Source: a virus (Duplodnaviria > Heunggongvirae > Uroviricota > Caudoviricetes). Taken from it: a stretch of DNA of 36,403 bases. Shown here piece after piece: positions 1 to 9,005 of this stretch. The position numbers and the translations under genes were made by a program. The stretch is from IMG/VR virus record IMGVR_UViG_2675903318_000021, one strand, 5' to 3'. The notes under the pieces were generated by a model, which made no database searches, was not told the origin of the DNA, and saw nothing but the letters and a program-made list of their open reading frames with translations. Numbering within the stretch: the first letter of the stretch is position 1; every line of letters begins with the position of its first letter.

Positions 1-549
1 ATGCAATTTAATATCCCTACGTTGCTTACACTGTTCCGTGTCATCCTTATCCCATTCTTTGTATTGGTCTTTTATCTGCCTGTCACCTGGTCGCCGTTTG
101 CCGCCGCGCTCATTTTCTGCGTCGCGGCGGTGACTGACTGGTTCGATGGTTTTCTGGCACGCCGCTGGAACCAGAGTACCCGGTTTGGTGCTTTCCTTGA
201 CCCTGTAGCAGATAAAGTTCTCGTGGCTATCGCCATGGTGCTGGTAACCGAGCATTATCACAGCTGGTGGGTGACCCTACCGGCGGCAACGATGATCGCC
301 CGTGAAATTATTATTTCTGCGCTACGCGAATGGATGGCGGAGTTGGGTAAACGCAGTAGCGTGGCTGTCTCCTGGATTGGGAAAGTGAAAACCACTGCCC
401 AGATGGTGGCGTTGGCCTGGCTGCTGTGGCGTCCGAACATTTGGGTTGAGTACGCCGGTATTGCACTTTTCTTTGTGGCTGCGGTACTGACTCTGTGGTC
501 AATGTTGCAATATTTGAGCGCTGCGCGTGCAGATTTGCTTGATCAGTGA
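1..549 (+). CDS. pgsA: CDP-diacylglycerol--glycerol-3-phosphate 3-phosphatidyltransferase (phosphatidylglycerophosphate synthase)
   Basis: 182-aa ORF starting at base 1; translation recognised as enterobacterial PgsA (CDP-alcohol phosphatidyltransferase motif region [10 protein letters not shown]...[10 protein letters not shown]); followed by the tRNA Gly-Cys-Leu cluster as in E. coli-like genomes. Confidence 0.93.
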
Positions 550-599
550 TCGTTTCGGCGTAATTTTCAGCAAACGATCAAAAGTGGTGAAAAATATCG

Positions 600-627
600 T
601 TGACTCATCGCGCCAGGTAAGTAGAAT
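600..627 (+). promoter_or_regulatory. sigma70-type promoter candidate for the tRNA operon (TTGACT-N16-TAGAAT)
   Basis: TTGACT at 600-605 and TAGAAT at 622-627 with 16-nt spacer, about 75 nt upstream of tRNA-Gly. Confidence 0.55.
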
Positions 628-700
628 GCAACGCATCGAACGGCGGCACTGATTGCCAGACGATAATAAAATCAAGTGATTAACTGATTGCTTGATGAAT

Positions 701-776
<76 letters not shown>

Positions 777-830
777 GTTTAAAAGACATCGGCGTCAAGC
801 GGATGTCTGGCTGAAAGGCCTGAAGAATTT

Positions 831-904
831 GGCGCGTTAACAAAGCGGTTATGTAGCGGATTGCAAATCCGTCTAGTCCGGTTCGACTCCGGAACGCGCC
901 TCCA
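831..904 (+). tRNA. cysT: tRNA-Cys (anticodon GCA)
   Basis: 74-nt sequence GGCGCGTTAACAAAGCGGTTATGTAGCGGATTGCAAATCC...GCGCCTCCA with GCA anticodon. Confidence 0.93.
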
Positions 905-916
905 CTTTCTTCCCGA

Positions 917-1003
917 GCCCGGATGGTGGAATCGGTAGACACAAGGGATTTAAAATCCCTCGGCGTTCGCGCTGTGCGGGTTCAAGTCCCGCTCCGGGTA
1001 CCA
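917..1003 (+). tRNA. leuZ: tRNA-Leu (anticodon UAA), long-variable-arm type
   Basis: 87-nt sequence GCCCGGATGGTGGAATCGGTAGACACAAGGGATTTAAAATCCC...GGGTACCA; anticodon loop carries TAA. Confidence 0.93.
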
Positions 1004-1046
1004 TGGGAAAGATAAGAATAAAATCAAAGCAATAAGCAGTGTCGTG

Positions 1047-1069
1047 AAACCACCTTCGGGTGGTTTTTT
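1047..1069 (+). terminator. rho-independent terminator of the tRNA operon
   Basis: Hairpin CCACC-TTCG-GGTGG followed by a T7 run. Confidence 0.75.
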
Positions 1070-1543
1070 TGTATTTGTATTTTGTTAAATGGCGGTAAAG
1101 TGGCGATGGTGTGGCGATATGCAGAAATAATGATAGTACACGTCTGTTTAAACTCTAAGGGTGAAGCAAAACTCTCCTGCAACTCATCTGCATTTCGCAT
1201 ATTGAACTAGGGCCTTGGTTAAACCAAAGTTTTTTCTGGGATCTTCCCACTCAACTTCATTTTTCCTCCTACCATCCACCAAAAGGTGTCTGCGCTACTC
1301 TATCTTTTTTAATCTGACAACATCCTGAGAAAAAGACAAATTCGTTAGATTTACTGTCTTTCTGCTGCCTCGAATGCTGATGTCTGCAGCACTGATAATA
1401 ACTCTATCTCTTTGATATAGATCTTTTTTTTGATGAATTGCACGGCATATTATCGTGATGGCACCTTCTTGTTAAAGGTGTTGTACTCCTCATCTCGATT
1501 TTATGATGTGGGCTATGATTGGTTAGTAATAGAGTGTATCGGT

Positions 1544-1825
1544 ATGCGATGTGGTTTATTAATGGCAATCTGCCTTTGTTTGGTATCTTTTAGTGGGTAT
1601 GCAGCAACAGGAAAGTCAGATGCTCAGATCAAGAAAGAAATAATTAAAGAATCCATTGAATCTTATCCAGGCAATTGTGCGTGTCCGTATAATCATGCAA
1701 GGAATGGTAGTAGATGTGGTGGACGCAGTGCATATAGCCGTACTGGAGGGTATGACGTGGTATGTTATGAAAGTGATGTTACCGATGAAATGATCCGGCA
1801 ATGGAAGCAGGAGAATGCTGAGTAA
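1544..1825 (+). CDS. small secreted Cys-rich protein (signal peptide MRCGLLMAICLCLVSFSGYA; motif CACPYNHARNGSRCGGRSAY); function unknown; ORF as listed could start at 1430
   Basis: AT-rich ORF; hydrophobic N-terminal signal-like segment from the internal Met at 1544; several conserved-looking Cys; followed by a hairpin terminator. Confidence 0.45.
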   Translation: MRCGLLMAICLCLVSFSGYAATGKSDAQIKKEIIKESIESYPGNCACPYNHARNGSRCGGRSAYSRTGGYDVVCYESDVTDEMIRQWKQENAE

Positions 1826-1900
1826 TCTCTTTTAACTGATTTGTTGTGCGAGCATTATGTGCAGTTAACGGCTCACTAGCTAGTGAGAGTTCCAAAAAGA

Positions 1901-1928
1901 AACCCCGCAGTTTTTACGCTGCGGGGTT
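1901..1928. terminator. bidirectional hairpin terminator between the Cys-rich ORF (+) and the hok-like gene (-)
   Basis: Stem CCCCGCAG ... CTGCGGGG with T-rich flank on the plus strand and T-rich flank on the minus strand. Confidence 0.55.
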
Positions 1929-2014
1929 GTTATTCATGCCTATGAGATAGGGTGCCTTATCGGCCTTACCCTAGCAACCGATTGACGGGGAGTTGCCTCC
2001 CCGTCGCGGTTTCC

Positions 2015-2155
2015 TTACTGCTTACACTGTAAGAACGCCGCAAACTCCGCTCCCCAGAAGCTCATCCGTATTTCACACAGCGAACCGTGCAGCATCCAGA
2101 TGATGAGGATTACCGTCACGCAGAACGTGATGGCCGTAAGCGATTTTTGCGACAT
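2015..2155 (-). CDS. Hok/Gef-family type I toxin-like small membrane protein (46 aa: MSQKSLTAITFCVTVILIIWMLHGSLCEIRMSFWGAEFAAFLQCKQ)
   Basis: Not in the ORF track (<60 aa). Hand translation of minus strand; AAGGAG RBS 8 nt upstream of ATG; single TM helix followed by SLCEIR and E-x-AAF motifs typical of Hok/Gef toxins; GC-rich hairpin right after the stop (1984-2005). Confidence 0.55.
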   Translation of the reverse strand: MSQKSLTAITFCVTVILIIWMLHGSLCEIRMSFWGAEFAAFLQCKQ

Positions 2156-2344
2156 AGCGCTTGCTCCTTTGTTGGAGAGGCGCTAACCTATCACTTGCTA
2201 GGTTGACGGGTTAGGGCCTCGGTTAAACAGAAATGTTTTCCGGGGCCTTTCCACATCCGGCCTTCGGGTATTCCCTCCGACCATCAGCCGAAAGGCACCC
2301 GCACGTAATCTATCGCTTTTTTGTTACTCCGGCAATTCTGCCTG

Positions 2345-2605
2345 TTAATTCTGAGGTAAAGGCAAACTCATCTGATTGTTTCCCCTGTGTGAAGCTGGCA
2401 GCTCATGCCACGGGATACCTTCTGATGAGTGAACGCCGGAGGCGTGTTTCGATGTGAATTTATGGAAAGCTTCCAGTGTTGAGAAGCATACGCCGCATTC
2501 CAGGTTGTTACACTGGTAATACTTTTGCCGCACGGTGTTTGAATCATTTTCCGGACGACTGGTGCGGATACGGGCAGATGCGCCACAAAGCGGACAACGG
2601 AACAT
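2345..2605 (-). CDS. ogr: Ogr/Delta-family zinc-finger late gene transcriptional activator
   Basis: Small ORF beginning MFRCPLCG...YYQCNNLECG (two Cys pairs, Ogr-like), directly downstream of D on the same strand as in P2; AAGGAGG RBS. Confidence 0.8.
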   Translation of the reverse strand: MFRCPLCGASARIRTSRPENDSNTVRQKYYQCNNLECGVCFSTLEAFHKFTSKHASGVHSSEGIPWHELPASHRGNNQMSLPLPQN

Positions 2606-2647
2606 AGCGACCTCCTTTAACGTGGTGCTGCCGCTATTCTAAGTTGC

Positions 2648-3757
2648 TCACTCTGTTTCCGCTATCCATTCCGGGATTTTTGCCTCAAGCTCAAGCTGCG
2701 TGGTAAAGCCGCTGTTATCAATGGTGTGCTCGGCTTTTGCAATAATCCAGTCCTGATTATCAATCTCGCTTTTAAATCCTGTTACCGTGCCATGCATTTC
2801 GGGGTAGAGTTCTGCTCGTCCACGTGCCAGCGTGATGGAGAATGATGCGGCTCCGCGTTGTAGTTGTTGCCACTTTGCCGCCGCTGCGCGTCTTGCTGCC
2901 TGCTCGTTCTGATAAGTCTTGCGTAACACAAACACATTGCCTTCCGCGCCTTCCATATAATCACCTTCACGGCTGCTGCTTTTCTCTTTTTTCGGTTTTG
3001 GCGGTTTGCGGCGTTTCACGCTGACTTTTTTCTTTTTCCCGTAATTAAGATCAAGCCAGTAAGCGCGTACCCCCGTATACGCCTCGCGGTCAGCAATGCG
3101 GAACTGATGGCGATCGCCGCTGCTGCGTGTGATGGCGAACGATGGCAACGGCTGGCCCTGTGCGTTCACGCCACCGCCGGGCATGATGAATAACAGATTA
3201 CCGCTTTTTACCGTGGTGATTGCGCCCAGCATTTCCGCCATGCGCGTAAGGAAGGACATGTCACTTTCTTCGGTCTGGTCGGCGTGGTCGATTTCGATAT
3301 CCATCAGCATTTCGCTGATTTGCGGTTTCAGACCGTACCGATGAGCGATGGCGGATACCACACGCTCAACGGTCACATCATGCCAGGACACCTCACGTTT
3401 AACGTTAAATTCATCCCGAAAATCTGCGCTTCTGGCTGAAACAGTCAGCCTGTCCGGCGGTCCTTCGTGTGCGATTTCATCAACAATGTAAGAGCCTTTT
3501 TCTGTCAGCGGTTCGCCTTTCCAGCCAATGAGAACCGTCAGGCGCGCGCCCCGTGGCGGTAGCCGCAACTGACCATCCGCATCATCCAGCGTGATGGTGA
3601 GCTGGTCTGCCTCAAATCCCCGGTTGTCGGTCAGCGACAGGCTCATCAGGCGCTCTGCCACGCCGGACAGCGTTTTACCCTCCGCGAGAATATCAAAATC
3701 CGGCATTTTTACGGGGTCTGTGCCCTGACTGAGCAATTGCATGGTGGTGTCGGTCAT
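2648..3757 (-). CDS. D: phage late control / tail protein D (gpD-like)
   Basis: Translation from Met at 3757 (MTDTTMQLLSQG...) recognised as P2 gpD-like; GGGAGGG RBS upstream of this Met; ORF track extends spuriously to 3889. Confidence 0.85.
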   Translation of the reverse strand: MTDTTMQLLSQGTDPVKMPDFDILAEGKTLSGVAERLMSLSLTDNRGFEADQLTITLDDADGQLRLPPRGARLTVLIGWKGEPLTEKGSYIVDEIAHEGPPDRLTVSARSADFRDEFNVKREVSWHDVTVERVVSAIAHRYGLKPQISEMLMDIEIDHADQTEESDMSFLTRMAEMLGAITTVKSGNLLFIMPGGGVNAQGQPLPSFAITRSSGDRHQFRIADREAYTGVRAYWLDLNYGKKKKVSVKRRKPPKPKKEKSSSREGDYMEGAEGNVFVLRKTYQNEQAARRAAAAKWQQLQRGAASFSITLARGRAELYPEMHGTVTGFKSEIDNQDWIIAKAEHTIDNSGFTTQLELEAKIPEWIAETE

Positions 3758-3914
3758 CTGTTCCCTCCCTGTGCGGCATGGTCGCATGTGCGTGCGGAGG
3801 GGGTTACTGCTTTTTGTTGTCGCCGGGTCGGGAGAACGGCGCAGGGGTGAGATTACGCGCGTGGTGGGTGATGATTGTTGCCGAATCATTTAACGGATAC
3901 AAGGGGCTGAAGCT

Positions 3915-5099
3915 ATGAGTGAAACTCGTTTTCATGGTGCCCGTGTTACGGAAAATACCGACCTGGTAACAGCGATTAACGATGTTGATTCCAGCGTTAT
4001 CGGTATCGTGGCAACGGCGGATGATGCGGACGCGAAGCTGTTCCCGCTGAACAAGCCTACACTGCTGACCCGCGTCAATGACGTGCTGGGAAAATGCGGA
4101 ACAACGGGGACGCTTTATCGTGCGCTTAAGGCCATCGCAGACCAGGTGAGCACAAAGGTGATCGTCGTTCGCGTGGCTGAACACAAAGAAGAAGACGGTA
4201 AGACGCAGGATCAACTGGTTATCGGTGGTTCTGAGGATGACGGCAGCTATACGGGGATGTATGCGCTGCTTGTTGCAGAGCAGGATGAAAGCATCGGATA
4301 CCGTCCGCGTATTCTGGCCGCGCCGGAGCTGGACACGGAGGCGGTGACAAAATCCCTGTGCGTGATTGCGGGTAAACTGCGCGCGTTTGTGTATGCCACA
4401 TGTCATGGTTGTAACACGATGGCTGAGGCGATTACCTACCGCCAGAAATTCAACGAACGTGAGGTGATGCTCTTATGGCCTGACTTCATCGCCTACAACC
4501 CGAAAAGTGGCAAAAACGAAACGTTCCCCGCGCCTGCTTATGCGTGCGGCCTTCGTGCGTACATTGACCATGAGCAGGGCTGGCACAAATCGCTGTCCAA
4601 TGTTCCGGTTAAAAATGTGCTGGGAATGTCCAGGCATGTGTTCTGGTCGTTGCAGGCCGAAGACAGTGATGCCAACAGCCTCAATAACAAAGAAATCACG
4701 ACCATTATTCGTCGCAACGGGTTCCGCTTCTGGGGCAACCGCACACCGGAAACGAACGCCTACATCTTTGAGGTGTATACCCGAACCGCACAGGTGCTGG
4801 CTGATTCAATTGCGGAAGCGCAGTTTGAAACCATCGACAGTCCACTGACGCCTGCGAACGTGAAGGATGTTATCAGTGCCATCAGGGCAAAACTGGATTC
4901 GCTGGTTACTGCCGGGAAACTGATTGGTGCGGAGTGCTGGTATGACGTGGTGGATAACGGCACCACGGATTTACGTCAGGGACGTGTGCGTATTCGCTAC
5001 AAATATACGCCCGTTCCGCCACTGGAAGACATGGAGCTTTACCAGACGTTTACCGATGAATTCTTTGGTCCCGCATTTGCGGTGCTGGGAGGTGCCTGA
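3915..5099 (+). CDS. FI: contractile tail sheath protein (gpFI-like)
   Basis: 394-aa ORF; N-terminus and length match P2 FI-type sheath proteins; stop overlaps next start (ATGA). Confidence 0.9.
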   Translation: MSETRFHGARVTENTDLVTAINDVDSSVIGIVATADDADAKLFPLNKPTLLTRVNDVLGKCGTTGTLYRALKAIADQVSTKVIVVRVAEHKEEDGKTQDQLVIGGSEDDGSYTGMYALLVAEQDESIGYRPRILAAPELDTEAVTKSLCVIAGKLRAFVYATCHGCNTMAEAITYRQKFNEREVMLLWPDFIAYNPKSGKNETFPAPAYACGLRAYIDHEQGWHKSLSNVPVKNVLGMSRHVFWSLQAEDSDANSLNNKEITTIIRRNGFRFWGNRTPETNAYIFEVYTRTAQVLADSIAEAQFETIDSPLTPANVKDVISAIRAKLDSLVTAGKLIGAECWYDVVDNGTTDLRQGRVRIRYKYTPVPPLEDMELYQTFTDEFFGPAFAVLGGA

Positions 5100-5611
5100 T
5101 GGCTGTGCCAAAACATCTTCGCTTTTTTACGTTGTTTGTGGATGGTGAAAACGAAGTGGGCAAAGTGACATCCGTCACGCCGCCCAAACTGACGCGCAAA
5201 ACCGACAGCTATCGTGGTGGTGGCATGATGGGGGCGGTAAGTATTGATCTCGGTCTGGACGACTCCGCGCTTGATGCGAGTTTTGTTATGGGGGGAGCTG
5301 TTCGTGCGCTGTTCCTTAAATATGGCGGCACGATTGACGGCACGCTGCTGCGTTTTGCGGGTGAATACTACACCGATGCAGAAAGCGATCTGTATGAGAT
5401 CGAGATGCGCGGGCGTGTGACGGAAATTGATATGGGGGAAGCCAAACAGGGGGAAGCCACATCACACACTTACGCTGTCAAAAACACCTACTACAAGCTG
5501 AGCGTTAACGATCGCCCGCTGTGGGAAATCGACCTGTTGAACCACATCTACCGGAAGGACGGCAAGGACATTGTGCCTGACCGTATCCGTTCCGCGCTTG
5601 GGCTTGGCTGA
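5099..5611 (+). CDS. FII: tail tube protein (gpFII-like)
   Basis: 170-aa ORF immediately after sheath; P2 FII-like length and sequence. Confidence 0.88.
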   Translation: MAVPKHLRFFTLFVDGENEVGKVTSVTPPKLTRKTDSYRGGGMMGAVSIDLGLDDSALDASFVMGGAVRALFLKYGGTIDGTLLRFAGEYYTDAESDLYEIEMRGRVTEIDMGEAKQGEATSHTYAVKNTYYKLSVNDRPLWEIDLLNHIYRKDGKDIVPDRIRSALGLG

Positions 5612-5666
5612 TAAGTAATATGCAGGCGGCGCAGTGCGTCGCCTCTGACTGAAAAGGAGACAACTG

Positions 5667-6041
5667 ATGAAAGACATCGATACTGAAACCCGGAATAACA
5701 CCGTGGCGGATGATGTGACGGCAGGTGAGGATATGGCTGTCGAACGTGGCGTAAAACTGACCCGACCAATTGAGCGTGGTGGCGAAAAAATCACGTATGT
5801 GGAGATCACCGGGGCTATTGAGCAGGCTGGATCCCTGCGTGGTCTGTCGCTGTCTGATGTGCTGAATCTGAAAGCGGATACCATGTTTATGCTGTTGCCT
5901 CGCGTGACCTCGCCACGACTGGATGAAGTGATGATTAAAAAAATGTCGTCACGCGATTTTATTCAGTTGTGCGCTGTGGCTGTAAATTTTATGAGCGAGC
6001 CAGACTCTGGCGCGAAGAGCGTGCAGGAGACGGCAGCGTAA
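5667..6041 (+). CDS. E: tail assembly chaperone gpE-like
   Basis: 124-aa ORF with AAGGAG RBS, located between tube and tape-measure genes; gpE-like. Confidence 0.8.
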   Translation: MKDIDTETRNNTVADDVTAGEDMAVERGVKLTRPIERGGEKITYVEITGAIEQAGSLRGLSLSDVLNLKADTMFMLLPRVTSPRLDEVMIKKMSSRDFIQLCAVAVNFMSEPDSGAKSVQETAA

Positions 6042-6205
6042 TCACCCTGGTGTGCTTTGAGCACATCGAAGATCTGGTGGCGGATATTGCCGCCATTTTT
6101 AACTGGTCGCCCGCCGAAATCTTCATGATGACGCCCGGCGAAGTGGTTAGCTGGCGCGAGCGGGCGGCACTTCGCAGCGGGAATGCAGATAATGAAGACT
6201 CTTGA
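5984..6205 (+). CDS. E' extension, expected to be expressed as an E+E' fusion by -1 ribosomal frameshift (candidate slippery heptamer A_AAT_TTT at 5984-5990; alternative slip on the A7 run at 5937-5943)
   Basis: -1 frame is open from 5939 to 6205 and overlaps the 3' part of E and the start of T, as for the P2 E/E' pair; no independent start with RBS. Confidence 0.6.
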   Translation, partial: KFYERARLWREERAGDGSVITLVCFEHIEDLVADIAAIFNWSPAEIFMMTPGEVVSWRERAALRSGNADNEDS

Positions 6206-8999
6206 TATCCGGGTCGCTTTCAGCGCCGTTGACAGGCTGATCCGGCCTGCCGAAAACGCCCGCCGCCTGATGGGGCAGTTTGGTGACTCCATCCAGCGAA
6301 CGCAGGGGGCGATTAAAAATCTCGAGCGTCAGGCGCGTTCATTTGAGCGCGCCCGTGACGCTGTCAGTAAAGCGGATGCTGGCATCGTGAAAGCACGACG
6401 CCAGCTTAACGCCCTTAATCAGTTACAACGTACGGGTACAGTGCTCAGCGAAAAACAACAAAAGCTGATGCAGCAGTTAAGCACCCGGCTTGAACGCCTG
6501 AATGAATCGCGCACACGGGAAATTCAAAAAATGCGGGAGCTTGGCGGAGAGCTGAAACGCCACGGCATTTCCCTGACAGGCAGCGATAACACCATCCAGC
6601 AGGCCATCAGACGCACCGAACAGTACAACAACCAGCTTGAACGCGAACGGCAGGCGCTTGCGCGTGTAACGCGGGCGCGTGAGCGGTATTCGCGCGCGCA
6701 GGAAACAGCGGGAAAACTGAAAACAGGTGGTGCACTGGCAATTGGTGCGGCAGCGGCGGGCGGCTATGCTGCCGGGCGTTTTTTGCAGCCTGCGATCGGG
6801 TTCGGCAAAGAGATGTCCCGCGTTCAGGCACTGACGCGAATCGACAAAAACAGCCCGCAGTTTAAGGCGCTGCGTGAGCAGGCGTTAAAACTTGGATCTG
6901 AAACACCGTTTACTGCGAGTGATGCCGCCAGTGGGCAGAGCTTTCTGGCAATGGCTGGTTTTACTCCGCAGGCCATTCAGGCCGCATTGCCCGGTGTTCT
7001 TAATATGGCGCTGGCAGGTGGCGTCGAACTCGGCGAGACGGCTGATATAGGCTCCAATATCCTCACACAGTTCAACCTGACAGCCGATCAAATGGACCGG
7101 GTTGGCGATACGCTGACAGCGGCATTCACCCGGACCAATACTGATTTACGCGCGCTGGGCGAAACCATGAAGTATACCGGTCCGGTTGCCGCAAAACTTG
7201 GTATCAGTCTTGAAGAAGCGGCAGCCATGGCCGGGATGCTTGCCAGTAATGGTCTTCGTGGAAGCGATGCTGGTACGGCCATGCGCGCAAGTCTGTCCCG
7301 CCTTGCATCACCGCCAAAAGCTGCGGCTGATGCGCTGAAAGAGCTGGGGGTGTCAGTTGCTGACGCCAGGGGCAAAATGCGCCCGATGGAGGATGTGCTG
7401 CTTGATCTCTATAAGGCGACACAAAAATACGGACAGGTGGACCAGGTTTCCTTCTTCAAGGACATCGCCGGAGAAGAGGCGTTCGTTGGTTTGCAGACGC
7501 TTGTTGCGGCGGCTGGTTCAGGAGAGCTGCAAAAACTGACCAGAGAATTGCAGGGGGCAAGGGGAGAGGTCGATCGCGTCGCAAAAGTAATGGCCGATAA
7601 TCTTGATGGGGACCTGAAAAATCTCGACAGCGCATGGGAAGGTCTTCGTATTCGCATCAGTGATCTGGTTGACGGTCCGCTGCGTTCTGTCACGCAGTGG
7701 CTCACGCGGGTGCTTGAAAAAATCACCTCGCTGGCGCAGGCCCATCCGGTACTGACACGCCAGCTACTGATAGCAGGCGGTGCGTTGCTGGCAATGACTG
7801 CAACGATTCGCTCGTTGTCGCTGGTTATTGGGGTGCTTTACGGAAAGCTGGCCACCCTGCGTCTTGGTTTTGACATTCTTACCCGGTCAATGAATGTCGT
7901 CAGGGTGTTGCCTGCGCTGTGGGGAATGCTGACGGGTTCCGTTTCTTTGCTGGGAGGCGCTATCGGGGCGCTGTTCAGTCCGGTTGGTCTTATCGTGGCT
8001 GCGCTTGCCGGAGCTGCCGTTCTTATCTGGAAATACTGGGATCCCATCAGGGCATTTTTTGCCGGGGTGTTCAGCGGGATTATGGAAAGGCTGACCCCGT
8101 TGCGCGAAACCTTTGAACGGTTTGGCCCTGTTTTTGACGCAATCGGAAGCGGGATCAGCCAGGTGTTTAACTGGTTTAAATCGCTGCTGTCACCGATGGA
8201 GTCCAGCAAGGAAACGCTGGATAAATGTACCAGTGCTGGCGAGATATTCGGTAACGTTCTTGGCGGTGCGTTACAACTTGTTCTGACACCTGCAAAAATG
8301 CTACTGGATACGCTGGCGTGGATACTTGAAAAACTTGGCGTCCTTCCGGATGAAGCTGAAAGGGCGCGCAAGAAAATCGAAGACGCACAGCGTGCGGCCA
8401 TTCTTCGGGACAAGGTTGCCTTACTTCAGGGGGACCTGGCGAAAATCAATCCGCCGAAGCCTGTGGAAAATGGCAATGGCACCGGAGGTGATAAACCCAA
8501 AGACAACAAACCGCTCACAGACAGCAATACCGGGACGCTACGCAGACTCAGCAAAATTGCTGATAACACAGGTAAGCTGGTTGATGAGACGAAAAAACGC
8601 ATTGGCCCCGGCGATATTGTCTTTAAGAACCTGCCCCGCGCACTTGCTGTTCGTGGGGAGTGGCAGGAGCGGAAGATTGCGCAGGTCAGTAAGCCTGCCC
8701 CCGCAATTAATATCACCCCCGTGGTCCCGGCACCGCTGCCTCCGGCGCTGGTCCCTGTTGTTGCGGCCAGCTCCCGCCCGGTGGCGGAGGCCATACGATC
8801 TCCAGTGGCATCAGTTCCTGTAACTTCCCGTAACCGGGAGCCTGTTGCCTCCGGATTTGGTGGTGAAATTCATGTTCATCTGCATAACGTTGTTACGCAG
8901 AATCCCCGCGAACTGGCGAAACTGGTCGGTGAAATGGTCAGGGCAGAAATGGAACGGCGTGCCCGTGCCGGGCGTGGCAGTTTTTACGATAAAGATTGA
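6183..8999 (+). CDS. T: tail tape measure protein (gpT-like)
   Basis: 938-aa ORF, coiled-coil-rich N-terminus, hydrophobic central segment, position after E/E'. Confidence 0.9.
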   Translation: MQIMKTLDIRVAFSAVDRLIRPAENARRLMGQFGDSIQRTQGAIKNLERQARSFERARDAVSKADAGIVKARRQLNALNQLQRTGTVLSEKQQKLMQQLSTRLERLNESRTREIQKMRELGGELKRHGISLTGSDNTIQQAIRRTEQYNNQLERERQALARVTRARERYSRAQETAGKLKTGGALAIGAAAAGGYAAGRFLQPAIGFGKEMSRVQALTRIDKNSPQFKALREQALKLGSETPFTASDAASGQSFLAMAGFTPQAIQAALPGVLNMALAGGVELGETADIGSNILTQFNLTADQMDRVGDTLTAAFTRTNTDLRALGETMKYTGPVAAKLGISLEEAAAMAGMLASNGLRGSDAGTAMRASLSRLASPPKAAADALKELGVSVADARGKMRPMEDVLLDLYKATQKYGQVDQVSFFKDIAGEEAFVGLQTLVAAAGSGELQKLTRELQGARGEVDRVAKVMADNLDGDLKNLDSAWEGLRIRISDLVDGPLRSVTQWLTRVLEKITSLAQAHPVLTRQLLIAGGALLAMTATIRSLSLVIGVLYGKLATLRLGFDILTRSMNVVRVLPALWGMLTGSVSLLGGAIGALFSPVGLIVAALAGAAVLIWKYWDPIRAFFAGVFSGIMERLTPLRETFERFGPVFDAIGSGISQVFNWFKSLLSPMESSKETLDKCTSAGEIFGNVLGGALQLVLTPAKMLLDTLAWILEKLGVLPDEAERARKKIEDAQRAAILRDKVALLQGDLAKINPPKPVENGNGTGGDKPKDNKPLTDSNTGTLRRLSKIADNTGKLVDETKKRIGPGDIVFKNLPRALAVRGEWQERKIAQVSKPAPAINITPVVPAPLPPALVPVVAASSRPVAEAIRSPVASVPVTSRNREPVASGFGGEIHVHLHNVVTQNPRELAKLVGEMVRAEMERRARAGRGSFYDKD

Positions 9000-9005
9000 G
9001 GAGTC

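Noticed and set aside
3758-3914. Search for the P2-type late promoter element TGT-N12-ACA between D and FI, and between O and P
   Set aside because: No exact TGT-N12-ACA match was found by eye in either divergent region, so no late promoter is annotated; the element may be diverged or I may have missed it
3804-4406. 200-aa minus-strand ORF overlapping the start of the tail sheath gene
   Set aside because: Overlaps the well-supported FI coding sequence; no RBS; composition typical of an antisense frame in GC-rich coding DNA
8326-8823. Alternate-frame ORFs inside the tape-measure gene (for example 8326-8823 plus strand, 7838-8413 minus strand)
   Set aside because: Embedded within the strongly supported T gene; Arg/Ser/Pro-rich translations typical of off-frame reading of GC-rich DNA
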